Notes under the pieces: model-generated
The model's input: the letters and a program-made list of their open reading frames with translations, nothing else
The model's database searches: none
What the model was told of the DNA's origin: nothing
Shown here: one piece after another, positions 49,601 to 58,837 of the stretch
How the letters are laid out: each line of letters starts with the position of its first letter
How positions within the stretch are numbered: the first letter of the stretch is position 1
Program-made: the position numbers and the translations under genes
Assembly: GCA_045613785.1 (NCBI GenBank)
Contig: JAZLBQ010000003.1
Location: 1-64,000 of the forward strand
DNA from: Candidatus Enterousia sp.
Lineage (GTDB): Bacteria; Pseudomonadota; Alphaproteobacteria; Rs-D84
Reading direction: 5' to 3'
Length of the DNA stretch: 64,000 nt

Positions 49601-51844
49601 TTGACATTAAATGCAACAGATGGAATCGAATTAGGTAAAATTATCAGTAATTCTGGGGTCATAAATATTGATTCTGGTGATGGAGTGTTGGAGTTGACAA
49701 CACTGACGATGAATGGTGGTAATTTGACTTTAGATGGTGTCGGTTTGATAACAGATTATGCATTTAATCCAGGGGCAATGTTGTATCAGAAATACACTGG
49801 TGCTTTGTTGACCAAGGATGTAAATATTGTTGCGGATAGTTATCAGATTTCAACGTCTAATTTGGTTGTGGCAGGCATCAATCAAAATGGTAAATTAGTA
49901 GTCAATTCTAGTGATATTGATGTTGGTGGTGATATCGTAGCGACAGATTTGGAATTTGTTGCGGTCAAAAATGCAGATGATGAAACAATTTGGCAAAATG
50001 TTGAGGTCGCTGGAAATGTTTCAGGCGGAGTTGACTTTATCGGTCTGGAAAAAATGACAATCGGAGGTAATTATATCTTTGATTTGAACAGTCGTTTGTA
50101 TGCTGCGGTCTTGCCATATGCGACGGGCGTCTCGTTAGATACGACGGATATAAATTATTGGTCCACAATTAGTCTGAAAGATGATAACACGTTGGGTGAT
50201 ATCACAAATGCTGATGATGGTCAGGCAATGATTAGTGTTGGTGGTGTGTTCACATCAGGTGTTCAATATGATGGCGAAACTATCAGTAATACACCGGGAG
50301 CTGTCTTGTCGAATGGGCAAATTGGTATTTCGTTGTTTGATGTTGTTGACCAGGGAACTGCAATTTGGTTCTTGCATGCAGATGGTGGAGTTGAAAATTT
50401 CAGCCAGTTAGAGCAGTTGCGTAACTTGGATGTAAAATTCTGTAATGCAGATGGTTCGTTGTGTTATAACTATCTGGAATCGCTGGATACTAAGAACGGA
50501 ACTGATTCTGATTTGCCTGTGTTTGTATCGGTGCGTGATTCGGATGAAGATGGTGTTTCAGATAGTTTGTATATCGTATTTGATCCACGCTTTGGTGGCC
50601 CAAAACTGATAGAAGATATGAAGATTCAGCCGATTGTTGGTCGTGAACCAGATCATACAGAAGGTGAATATGTATCAGCGGGGGCTTTAGATGATTTGCT
50701 AGCTGGTCAGGCACATAATAAAAAGTTCTTTAACGGGACACCAATCGAGGTTATTCCACTGATTTTCAAAAATACAAACATGGAACAGATGTCCCAGGAA
50801 CTGTATGATCGTATGGAATATTATGTTGAAAACGCCGAAGGAGAAGGATTGGCCAGATTTAGTCGTTTGTTCCAGGTTCGTGAATTGGAACAGATTATGG
50901 GCAGTATCTCGCTGAATGAACATACAACTTTCCGTTCATTTGAAGATCGTATGTATGACGAATTCATTTGGAATCGTAATCGTCAGTTGAAAAAGGCGTG
51001 GTTAGATGTTGATTATGGTATGTTCTATCAGAATATTGATGATGGTAAGCATACAGATGGACATCGTTTCAGTGTTTCAGGTGGTTTTGATTGGCAAGAA
51101 TCAAATACGCTGGTTTTGGGATTGACTGGACGTGTTTCACATACGTCGTCCTTTGCACACGATGATATGAATTTGGGATATAAACCAGATGAATTCATAG
51201 CAGGGGATGTTCGTATCGATGTCAAGGACACAGATGTTGCGGTCGGTGGATATTTGATGCAGATTTTGAACGAAAAAATGCGTTTGTATGGTAATGCTTT
51301 CTTGGATTTGCATGTGTTTGATGTGAATCGTTCGCAGAACTTTGTTGATTCAATTGATGGCGATGGTCTGTCATTCAGTATGATTACAGAATGGGGATTG
51401 ATGCATGATATCTTGAATCAATATGTTGTTGGAAATCTGTATGCACGTGCTGGGTATAACTTTGGTTTCAGTGTCAAGGAAAAGGCAGCAGGTGATGACT
51501 ATATGCGTTTGAAGTCAGATGGATACTTTATCTTTACACCAGGGTATTCGTTGACTGCACAAAAGCGTATTTACCCATCTGCTTGGTTCCAGATTCGACC
51601 ATATGCATCGATTGGTGTAGAATATGATGTGTTTGGGGCGCCAGATTTTGCAAAGTATAAGTTTGTGCCAGCAGATGAATTTACCCGTTATGATATTGAA
51701 ATTGATCCTTTGTGGGCAAATATCGGTGGTGGTATAGAAATGTTGTCTGCAAGTGGTATTCAAGTTGGTGTTGATTATCGTTATCAGTATAATAATGATA
51801 TTCAATTACATAATATCAGGGTATCGGGATCGTATAGATTCTAA
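46637..51844 (+). CDS. Large autotransporter (type Va) adhesin-like protein
   Basis: Signal peptide, about 1200 aa of G/N/S/T/V/A-rich beta-helix-like passenger, C-terminal beta-barrel ending GSYRF. Confidence 0.85.
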   Translation: MIKKLVSFVCCLLPIGAGAVVVSPESGQNSISTEQASWTEAIGAGSSITINSAAVNGISSANGFSIANNMYVGMPTDQGSINGDLYVLNSVQNPFTVVSTGDISIGAILQVLDGKTLGFKTSDTNPTAFDLTVGSGNVNEGIKIGSAEQNATLNLENIDVLTVDGSVIAYGNFSASANSVNMGLVNANTGNMTVNATGDVAVGGLVANSDGTTNITAGGVLSSDGTIQNNAGTMNLVAGDDINVVGSVENKSAGNVSIRGADMTVSEMLTNEASSATLTMNLDSLTVNGGTQSAYSFVNSGNLFATVKGKTYLEYGMNLGGMTKDNVFNLDTGTLEFGSSATSQTWFNAFSNYLDSFNLAVRDGDINVSTILNGINSDGVANATADMAILAQNISATTIRNNGKTLVVKAADLDSGYDIVGPAADSSVGNINVSGQIIGAAGTTTDVIASGTLTVLGAVSNNADMTLNGNAVNLASVSNSGVDADLTVSSLTASTGVVEISGNVTNSNGNTTIWAKDVSIAGVLTNNGGTTTVRGSDTAGGAVEIGSVVASAGTVNLNALAGSMMIDNVVTVAGGTLNLGDSLKNLTVGGSVQIAGDLTASANNAVNAGDVNIAASGNPAFVLGADAVVIGGNVNVVDSSVVRNVQIDSALIDVSGDATVENLGMLTLGKSPDSYVKIDGDLIANNGGVFETYADDLIAGSVSGNGKFLVHGENITADNGNIDIAGNVYFDPTNDPTAPTAGMIVRDTTTLTLKTAADGTDISVGATSVGNGNTLALESADEVEIAGLLANNGTVRVNATGAAKVAGNIQNTGTVDIAAATIETLDLQNSGDVVLNSESGAVNVANVANSGSLSVVAATDFVAGAVSQTGGVMDLTADSVSMQSLVVSGAAGTMANVNADSLDVAGNINVAGNMSQGGTDAMLNLQASKLSAANLTVGGEFIATSGGTTYEIGSNVNLVGGLNVVGAATVLFNAGGSITGGDLTNAGALTLNATDGIELGKIISNSGVINIDSGDGVLELTTLTMNGGNLTLDGVGLITDYAFNPGAMLYQKYTGALLTKDVNIVADSYQISTSNLVVAGINQNGKLVVNSSDIDVGGDIVATDLEFVAVKNADDETIWQNVEVAGNVSGGVDFIGLEKMTIGGNYIFDLNSRLYAAVLPYATGVSLDTTDINYWSTISLKDDNTLGDITNADDGQAMISVGGVFTSGVQYDGETISNTPGAVLSNGQIGISLFDVVDQGTAIWFLHADGGVENFSQLEQLRNLDVKFCNADGSLCYNYLESLDTKNGTDSDLPVFVSVRDSDEDGVSDSLYIVFDPRFGGPKLIEDMKIQPIVGREPDHTEGEYVSAGALDDLLAGQAHNKKFFNGTPIEVIPLIFKNTNMEQMSQELYDRMEYYVENAEGEGLARFSRLFQVRELEQIMGSISLNEHTTFRSFEDRMYDEFIWNRNRQLKKAWLDVDYGMFYQNIDDGKHTDGHRFSVSGGFDWQESNTLVLGLTGRVSHTSSFAHDDMNLGYKPDEFIAGDVRIDVKDTDVAVGGYLMQILNEKMRLYGNAFLDLHVFDVNRSQNFVDSIDGDGLSFSMITEWGLMHDILNQYVVGNLYARAGYNFGFSVKEKAAGDDYMRLKSDGYFIFTPGYSLTAQKRIYPSAWFQIRPYASIGVEYDVFGAPDFAKYKFVPADEFTRYDIEIDPLWANIGGGIEMLSASGIQVGVDYRYQYNNDIQLHNIRVSGSYRF

Positions 51845-51894
51845 TATGAAAGCCCCCCCAGTTCGGGGGGGATTTTTTTAGTAAAAGTAAAAAC

Positions 51895-51923
51895 TTGACT
51901 TTTTTGTCAATTTTGTGTATAGT
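51895..51923 (+). promoter_or_regulatory. Sigma70 promoter for rho, TTGACT-N17-TATAGT
   Basis: Consensus boxes with a 17-bp spacer. Confidence 0.6.
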
Positions 51924-51976
51924 GTGTTAGTCAAGTGGGAACAGTTCTGTTGCCCAAATCTCCAAAAGGATTATTT

Positions 51977-53245
51977 ATGCATATAAATGAATTAAAGGCG
52001 AAAACGCCACAGCAACTGCTGAAAATGGCAGAAGATATGGGTATTGAAAATCCATCTCAGTTAAATGTGCAACAATTACGTTTTGCGGTTATGCGTGTGT
52101 TTGCAGCGGATAAAAAGGTTACTTTGATTGGTGACGGGGTTTTGGAACGTATGCAAGATGGTTTCGGATTCTTGCGTGCACCAGAATCAAACTATTTGGC
52201 AGGACCAGATGATTTGTATGTGTCGCCAAATTTGATTAAGAAATATGGTTTAAAGACAGGTGATTATGTCGAAGGTCAAATTCAGGCCCCTGCGGCAGAA
52301 ACTGAACGATATTTTGCGTTGGAAACAATTGAACGGGTAAATGGCGATAATCCAGAAAAGTTGAAACATCGTGTATCTTTTGATGATATGACCCCATTGT
52401 ATCCTGATGAACAGTTAAAAATGGAAGTCGAAAACGACAAGGATAAGGGACGTAATTTGTCTGCCCGTGTGATTGATTTGATTTCTCCAACTGGTAAAGG
52501 GCAGCGTTCGCTGATTGTTGCACCGCCAAGAACAGGAAAAACTGTTATGTTGCAGAATATTGCACATAGCATTGCAACAAACTATCCAGACGTAAAATTG
52601 ATTGTGTTGTTGATTGATGAACGCCCAGAGGAAGTTACAGATATGCAACGCAGTGTAAAGGGTGAAGTTATTTCATCAACATTCGATGAACCAGCAGCAC
52701 GTCATATTCAGGTCGCTGAAATGGTTATCGAAAAAGCAAAACGTTTGGTAGAAGCAGGGCAGGATGTTGTTATCTTGCTGGATTCGATTACACGTTTGGG
52801 ACGTGCGTATAATACTTGTGTCCCATCAAGTGGTAAAGTTTTGACTGGTGGTGTTGATGCCTATGCGTTGCAGCGTCCAAAACGTTTCTTTGGTGCAGCC
52901 CGTAACATCGAAGGTGGTGGCAGCTTGACAATTATCGCAACTGCATTGGTTGATACCGGGTCTAAGATGGACGAAGTTATCTTTGAAGAATTTAAGGGAA
53001 CTGGTAATAGCGAAATTATCCTGGATCGCAAATTGTCTGATAAGCGTGTTTATCCTGCGATAGATATTACAAAGTCGGGAACACGTAAAGAAGATTTGTT
53101 GGTGGGTAAGGATATTTTAAGCAAAATGTATGTCTTGCGTCGTATCATCAACCCAATGGGAACGTTGGAAGCAATGGAGTTCTTGTTGGATAAATTGCGT
53201 ATGACAAAAACTAATACCGATTTCTTTAATTCAATGAATCAATAA
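51977..53245 (+). CDS. rho: Transcription termination factor Rho
   Basis: [55 protein letters not shown]. Confidence 0.98.
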   Translation: MHINELKAKTPQQLLKMAEDMGIENPSQLNVQQLRFAVMRVFAADKKVTLIGDGVLERMQDGFGFLRAPESNYLAGPDDLYVSPNLIKKYGLKTGDYVEGQIQAPAAETERYFALETIERVNGDNPEKLKHRVSFDDMTPLYPDEQLKMEVENDKDKGRNLSARVIDLISPTGKGQRSLIVAPPRTGKTVMLQNIAHSIATNYPDVKLIVLLIDERPEEVTDMQRSVKGEVISSTFDEPAARHIQVAEMVIEKAKRLVEAGQDVVILLDSITRLGRAYNTCVPSSGKVLTGGVDAYALQRPKRFFGAARNIEGGGSLTIIATALVDTGSKMDEVIFEEFKGTGNSEIILDRKLSDKRVYPAIDITKSGTRKEDLLVGKDILSKMYVLRRIINPMGTLEAMEFLLDKLRMTKTNTDFFNSMNQ

Positions 53246-53292
53246 GAAAGTCCCCCGATTGGGGGATTTTTAATACTAATGGATAATTTATA

Positions 53293-53523
53293 ATGAAATT
53301 ATATTTGTGTGGTTTGTTGGCGACTGTGGTCGTTGTTCTTTTTGCGTATTGTATGGGAAAACAAACAGGAATTCAGCGGTGTGTTGCAAGATATACTGAT
53401 AGTGTGGTGCAACAACAATCAAAAATTATAGAAATTCAAAGAGGAATAGATGCAGAAACTGTTAGTCGTGCCACTGATGATATTCGTGGCTTCTTGCGGC
53501 AGAAATACACAATTGCAGAATAA
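53293..53523 (+). CDS. Rz-like inner-membrane spanin (putative)
   Basis: N-terminal TM helix plus a helical periplasmic segment; its 3' end overlaps a lipoprotein gene in the +1 frame. Confidence 0.6.
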   Translation: MKLYLCGLLATVVVVLFAYCMGKQTGIQRCVARYTDSVVQQQSKIIEIQRGIDAETVSRATDDIRGFLRQKYTIAE

Positions 53524-53647
53524 TGTTTGTGCAAAGATTGTTTGTCAGCCAATATATGCACGAAATACAGATTGGAATCTGATTAGTGATGATTTGGCAC
53601 GCAATATATATAGCCATAATAGATTTTGCGAAATTTATAACAAATAA
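53450..53647 (+). CDS. Rz1-like outer-membrane lipoprotein spanin (putative)
   Basis: VASC lipobox; C...C-x-P-I-Y...D-x3-IS-DD-LARNIYSHN...C pattern. Confidence 0.62.
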   Translation: MQKLLVVPLMIFVASCGRNTQLQNNVCAKIVCQPIYARNTDWNLISDDLARNIYSHNRFCEIYNK

Positions 53648-53688
53648 ATAGTTGACAAGTTGTAATTTTGTCTTATATATTCTGTGGC

Positions 53689-54627
53689 ATGGTTATGTAT
53701 GGCAACGATTTTATTTATGATATAAATTTACCACGGGTAAAGCACGTGGCGTTGACTGGTTTTTTGTCAAAAAAATGGCATAGATTTCATGCTTATTTGC
53801 AACATATTGTTTATAATTGTGATGTTTCGCCATATCTGGGAGCGTTGCCACCAGAGTTGAGAAGACGGGTGGATAGAAAGAATATATCTCAGGTAACATC
53901 AGATTTTCGTAATATGTTGGAAGATTTTTTGATTCAAAATGCCTATGAGATTTATTCAATGGATAAGGATAGGGTTTATAATATTCCACAGATTGGCGAT
54001 TTGTTTGGAACACAGTGCGTTTTAGAAGCCAAAGGGGTAAATGTGTATGGTGTAAATCCTTGGAGTGGTGCGTCGGGGTTTGTATTAAAAATGTCCTTTC
54101 CAGAGATAAATGCACATTATGCATTAAAGTTGTTTTATAAAGATAGACCCGAATGGATCGATTATGATCATGGTGTTTGGTTTGAAGTTGCAACTGCATT
54201 GGCTGCAAATAAGGCAGAACCAAAGGATAATAATCCAATGTATATGGCATCGTTTATATATGAAAAATATATGATGTCGGCTTGGGCTGGGGACGAGGAT
54301 GGTATAAAAGAACGTGAAAATAAAAATAGTATATTTTGCACTACTCCAAAAGAAAGTGAATCCAGAAATTTGCGGTCGGGTCGTAGAATCGATTGGGGTG
54401 AAACATATCGGACAGATTATGGGGCTTTGACATACAGGGGGCGTAAATTGATACGTCAAATTATGGCACTGGATGCAAAGGCTGTTAAAAAAACGCTTGA
54501 TAAAAAGTCTGATGGCTTGACTGAAAAAGAATTAAAACATGCTGTCGAACTGGCTGGATTATTGGCGTATTATGATGACAATCTGCCAGTTCAACAGTTT
54601 ATGAAACAGAATTCTTTAGGTCGCTAA
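53689..54627 (+). CDS. Hypothetical protein with divergent protein-kinase-like motifs, ends in Arg
   Basis: SGASGFV Gly loop, YALK, E-x4-N and IDWG motifs in kinase order. Confidence 0.6.
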   Translation: MVMYGNDFIYDINLPRVKHVALTGFLSKKWHRFHAYLQHIVYNCDVSPYLGALPPELRRRVDRKNISQVTSDFRNMLEDFLIQNAYEIYSMDKDRVYNIPQIGDLFGTQCVLEAKGVNVYGVNPWSGASGFVLKMSFPEINAHYALKLFYKDRPEWIDYDHGVWFEVATALAANKAEPKDNNPMYMASFIYEKYMMSAWAGDEDGIKERENKNSIFCTTPKESESRNLRSGRRIDWGETYRTDYGALTYRGRKLIRQIMALDAKAVKKTLDKKSDGLTEKELKHAVELAGLLAYYDDNLPVQQFMKQNSLGR

Positions 54628-54635
54628 GACTTTTC

Positions 54636-55469
54636 TTATTTGATAACTAGGTTTAATAGGCGTTTTACAATGTCTGCACTGGCACTGTCGCCAGAAGGGG
54701 CGTATTCAACAAATTCAAAGCTGTGTGCGTCGCTAAATTCACGAATTAAATATTCTGCGGCTTTGACTGTTATACCATTGCCAGCAGGAACTAAGACATC
54801 ACGGAAATATTTTGGGTCTATTGCGTCAAAGTCAAATGAAACGACAAATGGGCGATTGCCAATTTTGTTGCGGACTTCATTTACAGCTGTTTCCCAATCG
54901 GATTTTGTTTGTAATTGATGCGCTGGTCGAATATAAATATTTTTTTCGCTGGCGTATTCTATTTCGGCAGGTTCATATGATCGTGTTGCCAGATAAAATA
55001 AACTTTCTGGTTTTAGGGCAGGGACTGTGTCTTGCAAGGTTAGCCAACGTTTGTCGCCATCGCCCAGCAAGGCACGGACGTTTGTGCCATGAGGTGCACC
55101 AGATGCCTGAGCCTGTGCGGATTCAGGTGTGTGAATATCTAAATGTGCATCGATATATACCAAGCATAAATCTTGGGTTGGAATTTGGTTGCGTAGTGCA
55201 ACAAAATGTCCGTAATTTACAGAATGATCGCCACCAATCATTATGTGCTTGTCGCAGGGAGTGTTAGCGTATATTTTTTTTTGAATTTTAAAGTTTTCAC
55301 CAAAACGGTCGTTGGCACATTCGTTTGCATCAAACGGGTCTGCGACAACAGTTGTCCATTTTGCGTTAGTGAACATTTGTTTTACTGCGGTTGGTGCCAA
55401 TGCAGGACCGCCCTCTATGGCGGTGCGTAAGCAGCCACGTCCGTATTCTATACCAAAAAAGTGAATCAT
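54636..55469 (-). CDS. Arginase/ureohydrolase family protein
   Basis: GGDHS, DAHLDIHT, SGAPHG, SFDFDAIDP. Confidence 0.9.
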   Translation of the reverse strand: MIHFFGIEYGRGCLRTAIEGGPALAPTAVKQMFTNAKWTTVVADPFDANECANDRFGENFKIQKKIYANTPCDKHIMIGGDHSVNYGHFVALRNQIPTQDLCLVYIDAHLDIHTPESAQAQASGAPHGTNVRALLGDGDKRWLTLQDTVPALKPESLFYLATRSYEPAEIEYASEKNIYIRPAHQLQTKSDWETAVNEVRNKIGNRPFVVSFDFDAIDPKYFRDVLVPAGNGITVKAAEYLIREFSDAHSFEFVEYAPSGDSASADIVKRLLNLVIK

Positions 55470-56446
55470 TTGTATGCCTCTACTATACTCTCGGCGGCGT
55501 TTTGAAGTTTTAATAATGATTTTTCATAGGTTTCACAATCACGTGAAATTTCAGAACGGTATGCGTCGTGCAGGTTGGCCGCCATGTAATAACAACCACG
55601 CAGGTGTTGAACGCAATATTCGTGGCCTGTATTAAATGCGTTCTGACCACGAACACGACTTTCAGTATCTGCCCAGTTTATGTTCAGGGCATTGTCAATA
55701 TTTTCAAATGAATTTTCGCCGTAATATTTGCCGACAGTATTCATCCAGTATTCATTCATTTCATTGTCAGACCATTGGTTCGTTGATTTTATTGTCAGAA
55801 TTTGACGAAGCAACGAATCGATAGCAGGACGATATTTCGAATCGATTTGTGCCAGTTTGGAACTGCAATAACAACGGTTGTATTCTGTGTCGTCACGTTC
55901 GCAATAGCTGTTCATACATTCGGTATAATCTGCCATACAGCGAACAGATGAAATGCGTGCACTGTCTGATTCAACAAAGTTTGCGGCTGCATTTGCACTG
56001 GTCTTGTAATTATAAGAATTTTCTGTGCGAGAAGAACGATTCGTTGCAGCTATTTTTGTCCCAGATGTTCCAGAACGTGCAACAACACGGCGTTGTGTTG
56101 CAGGGGCAGAATATGTTGTTTGGCTGGGCGTGGCACTGCGTGCATTTGTCGTAGCAATTGTGCGACGGGCAGCCGTGGTTGTAGCACTGCGACCAGTGCC
56201 TGTGCGTGGAACAACACGACGCTGGGCAGCCATTGGGGTAGTTTTTACAATCGTATTTATAGGGCTGAGTGATTGCGATGTCGTTGTTCCTGGGTTTAGG
56301 TTTGTTCGCATTTGATTGCTTAGATAAGGATACATATAGTTATAATTGTATGGAGTTGTGTTTGTCAGTTGTGCATCACGAGTTGCACAAAATGCACCTG
56401 TTGTTAGGCCGAAAAATGCAATAAAACAAAGTATTCTTTTTCTCAT
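55466..56446 (-). CDS. Secreted Cys-rich protein with T/S/R-rich linker; paralog of 33071..36175
   Basis: Signal peptide; C-x6-CM-x2-[FY]C-x8-RC-x-CSS motif shared with the 1034-aa protein. Confidence 0.8.
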   Translation of the reverse strand: MRKRILCFIAFFGLTTGAFCATRDAQLTNTTPYNYNYMYPYLSNQMRTNLNPGTTTSQSLSPINTIVKTTPMAAQRRVVPRTGTGRSATTTAARRTIATTNARSATPSQTTYSAPATQRRVVARSGTSGTKIAATNRSSRTENSYNYKTSANAAANFVESDSARISSVRCMADYTECMNSYCERDDTEYNRCYCSSKLAQIDSKYRPAIDSLLRQILTIKSTNQWSDNEMNEYWMNTVGKYYGENSFENIDNALNINWADTESRVRGQNAFNTGHEYCVQHLRGCYYMAANLHDAYRSEISRDCETYEKSLLKLQNAAESIVEAYK

Positions 56447-56529
56447 TTGTTTACATCATAGGAAACTTAGAAGAAAAATAAAAGAAAAATTTGCATTTTA
56501 AAAAAATACTGTTATAATAGGTTTCGTTT

Positions 56530-56606
56530 CGGGGTGTAGCTCAGTCTGGTAGAGTGCTTGGTTTGGGACCAAGATGTCGAAGGTTCGAATCCTTTCGCCC
56601 CGACCA
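56530..56606 (+). tRNA. tRNA-Pro(TGG)
   Basis: CGGGGTG acceptor, CTTGG-TT-TGG-GA-CCAAG, GTTCGAATCC, CCA. Confidence 0.97.
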
Positions 56607-56870
56607 GAGATAAATAAAAATACCGCAGTTGATGCGGTATTTTTATTTATTTTGGTGGAACTGTGGATTCGAACGGTAAATCAAAATTTACCGGGTTCGA
56701 ATCTTTCCCTCGGTTTGGTGCGGTGTGCACCAAACCTGTGGGGCATTCGTGACAATTTGCCTGCGTTTAAGCACTTGGCAAATTTACTCATTGTCGCCCC
56801 GACCAGAATTAAAAATGTCGCTTTGTGCGGCGTTTTTTTTGTCTGGGGCGTGCGGATTCGAACGGTAAAT
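56595..56870. repeat. tRNA-linked ~195-bp structured unit with a duplicated tRNA 3' end
   Basis: TCGCCCCGACCAGA at 56595 and 56794; GGATTCGAACGGTAAAT at 56665 and 56854; several hairpins between. Confidence 0.75.
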
Positions 56871-57059
56871 TGAATGATATTATGTAGCAGTATTTGATTG
56901 GCAAAGTAATGTATTTCTAAATATTGGATTTTATAAAGATTTGTTAGGTGGTGGTTAGGGCTGGAAACATTTTGATTTGGCTGAAAATTTTGTTTGATTT
57001 GGTTGAATATTGCAAAAATATAGGATATTATATACGGGATAATTTGCGAGGTGTGTAAT

Positions 57060-58766
57060 ATGAACGTATATAATTTTATTTCTGATAATATTAAAACAAA
57101 AATTCAGGAAATTGATGCTGTTAAAGATGTTTTAACAGATGATGTTTTGAAAAATGTTGTTGTAGAAGTGCCAAAAATCCGTGATTTTGGGGATTTTTCA
57201 ACTAATGTTGCAATGGTTTTGGTTAAACTGTTAAAGAAGTCGCCACGTGATATTGCAGGTTTGATTTTACCAAAAATTGAAGAATTAGATTTTGTAGAAA
57301 GCGTTTCAATTGCAGGGCCTGGGTTTATCAATATAAAGTTAAAAGATGCCTTCTTGGTCAATCCTGATGCGTTTGCTTTGTCAAAAGATAATAGTTTTTC
57401 GCCTGTAACGGTTGATATGGATTATGGCAGTTATAATATCGGTAAAAATTTACATATTGGACATTTAAGAACAACTGTTGTTGGGGATACTTTTAATCGT
57501 ATCGCACGTTTTTTGGGGCATAAAACAAAGTGTTATAACCATATGGGTGATTGGGGGCTACCAATGGGGCTGATTATTGCCTGGATTTTAGAATATGGTA
57601 TGCCAAAAGATGCAGATGACATAAATGCAATGTATCCAGCATCGTATGCACGTGCCAAGGAAGATAAAGACTGGTTAGAAAAAGCACAAAAAATAACTTT
57701 TGAATTGCAAAATGGAAATCCTGAATATAATAAAATCTATAATGATTTTGCACCAATGTCCTTAAGCCAGATTTCCAAGATTTTGGTTCGCTTGAATATA
57801 GTGCCGTTTGATGAAAATAAAGGTGAACGTTTGGTCGCAGAATATGTGCCAGAAGTGCAAAAGATTTTGGAAGAAAAAAATCTGTTGGTGCATGATGATG
57901 GTGCGGATATTATTCCGGTAAAGTTGGAGTCTGATACAGCACCAATGCCGCCTGTGTTGTGGCGTTCTAGCGCGGGGGCTCAGACATACGCAGCGGCGGA
58001 TTTGGCAGCAATCTATTACAGAACAAAAACAGATAATCCTGATGATATTGTTTATTTTACAGATAGTCGTCAGAACTTGCATTTTACTCAGGTGTTCCGT
58101 GCAGCAAAATTGGCAGGTATGGATTCGGCAAATCTACAACATATCGGTTTCGGAACAATTACCGGAACTGATGGTAAGCCATTTAAGACACGTGATGGAA
58201 ATGTGCCAAGTCTGGATGAAATGGTTGATATGGTTGCAGATTCCGTTCGTAAACGTGCAGAAGAATCAGGTAAGAATTTGCCAGATGAAACCGTTGAAAT
58301 GATTGCGTTAGCTGCATTGAAATTTAATGATTTGATGCACGATGTAAAATCTGACTATGTGTTTGATACAGATGCGGTTACACAATTCGAAGGACGCACA
58401 GGGCCATATATTTTATATACTGCGGTGCGTTTGAATTCTGTGGTAAAGAAAGCAGAAGCAATGAATGTTGTGTCAAATATTGATGGTTATGCATTACAAC
58501 CGGAAGAACGTAATTTAATGTTGCGTTTGATGGATTTTGAACGTGTTGTTGAAAATGCTTTTGCACGTCGTGCAACGGATTTAACCGCAAATTATACATA
58601 CGATTTGTGCCAGGATATAAATACGTTCTATCATCATTGTCCGATTTTGCGTGATGATATTGATTTGGCGACAAAACAAGCCAGATTGTATATCGTTGGT
58701 CAGGCACGGAAAATACTGTTGACTGCCATTGATTTGATGGGGCTGCGTGTGCCAGAAGCAATGTAG
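57060..58766 (+). CDS. argS: Arginine--tRNA ligase
   Basis: GDFSTNVA, IAGPGFIN, LHIGHLR, NHMGDWG, KPFKTRDG, GRTGPYILY. Confidence 0.96.
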   Translation: MNVYNFISDNIKTKIQEIDAVKDVLTDDVLKNVVVEVPKIRDFGDFSTNVAMVLVKLLKKSPRDIAGLILPKIEELDFVESVSIAGPGFINIKLKDAFLVNPDAFALSKDNSFSPVTVDMDYGSYNIGKNLHIGHLRTTVVGDTFNRIARFLGHKTKCYNHMGDWGLPMGLIIAWILEYGMPKDADDINAMYPASYARAKEDKDWLEKAQKITFELQNGNPEYNKIYNDFAPMSLSQISKILVRLNIVPFDENKGERLVAEYVPEVQKILEEKNLLVHDDGADIIPVKLESDTAPMPPVLWRSSAGAQTYAAADLAAIYYRTKTDNPDDIVYFTDSRQNLHFTQVFRAAKLAGMDSANLQHIGFGTITGTDGKPFKTRDGNVPSLDEMVDMVADSVRKRAEESGKNLPDETVEMIALAALKFNDLMHDVKSDYVFDTDAVTQFEGRTGPYILYTAVRLNSVVKKAEAMNVVSNIDGYALQPEERNLMLRLMDFERVVENAFARRATDLTANYTYDLCQDINTFYHHCPILRDDIDLATKQARLYIVGQARKILLTAIDLMGLRVPEAM

Positions 58767-58837
58767 GTTGAATAAAACCGCCCCATTGGGCGGTTTTGTG
58801 TTGTTTATCTTTGTGAATTTATAAATTGGGTGTGCTT

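Noticed and set aside
56595-56870. Possible CRISPR array or prophage attL/attR pair
   Set aside because: Only two repeat copies about 200 bp apart, with no cas genes, integrase or cargo; kept as a tRNA-linked element instead.
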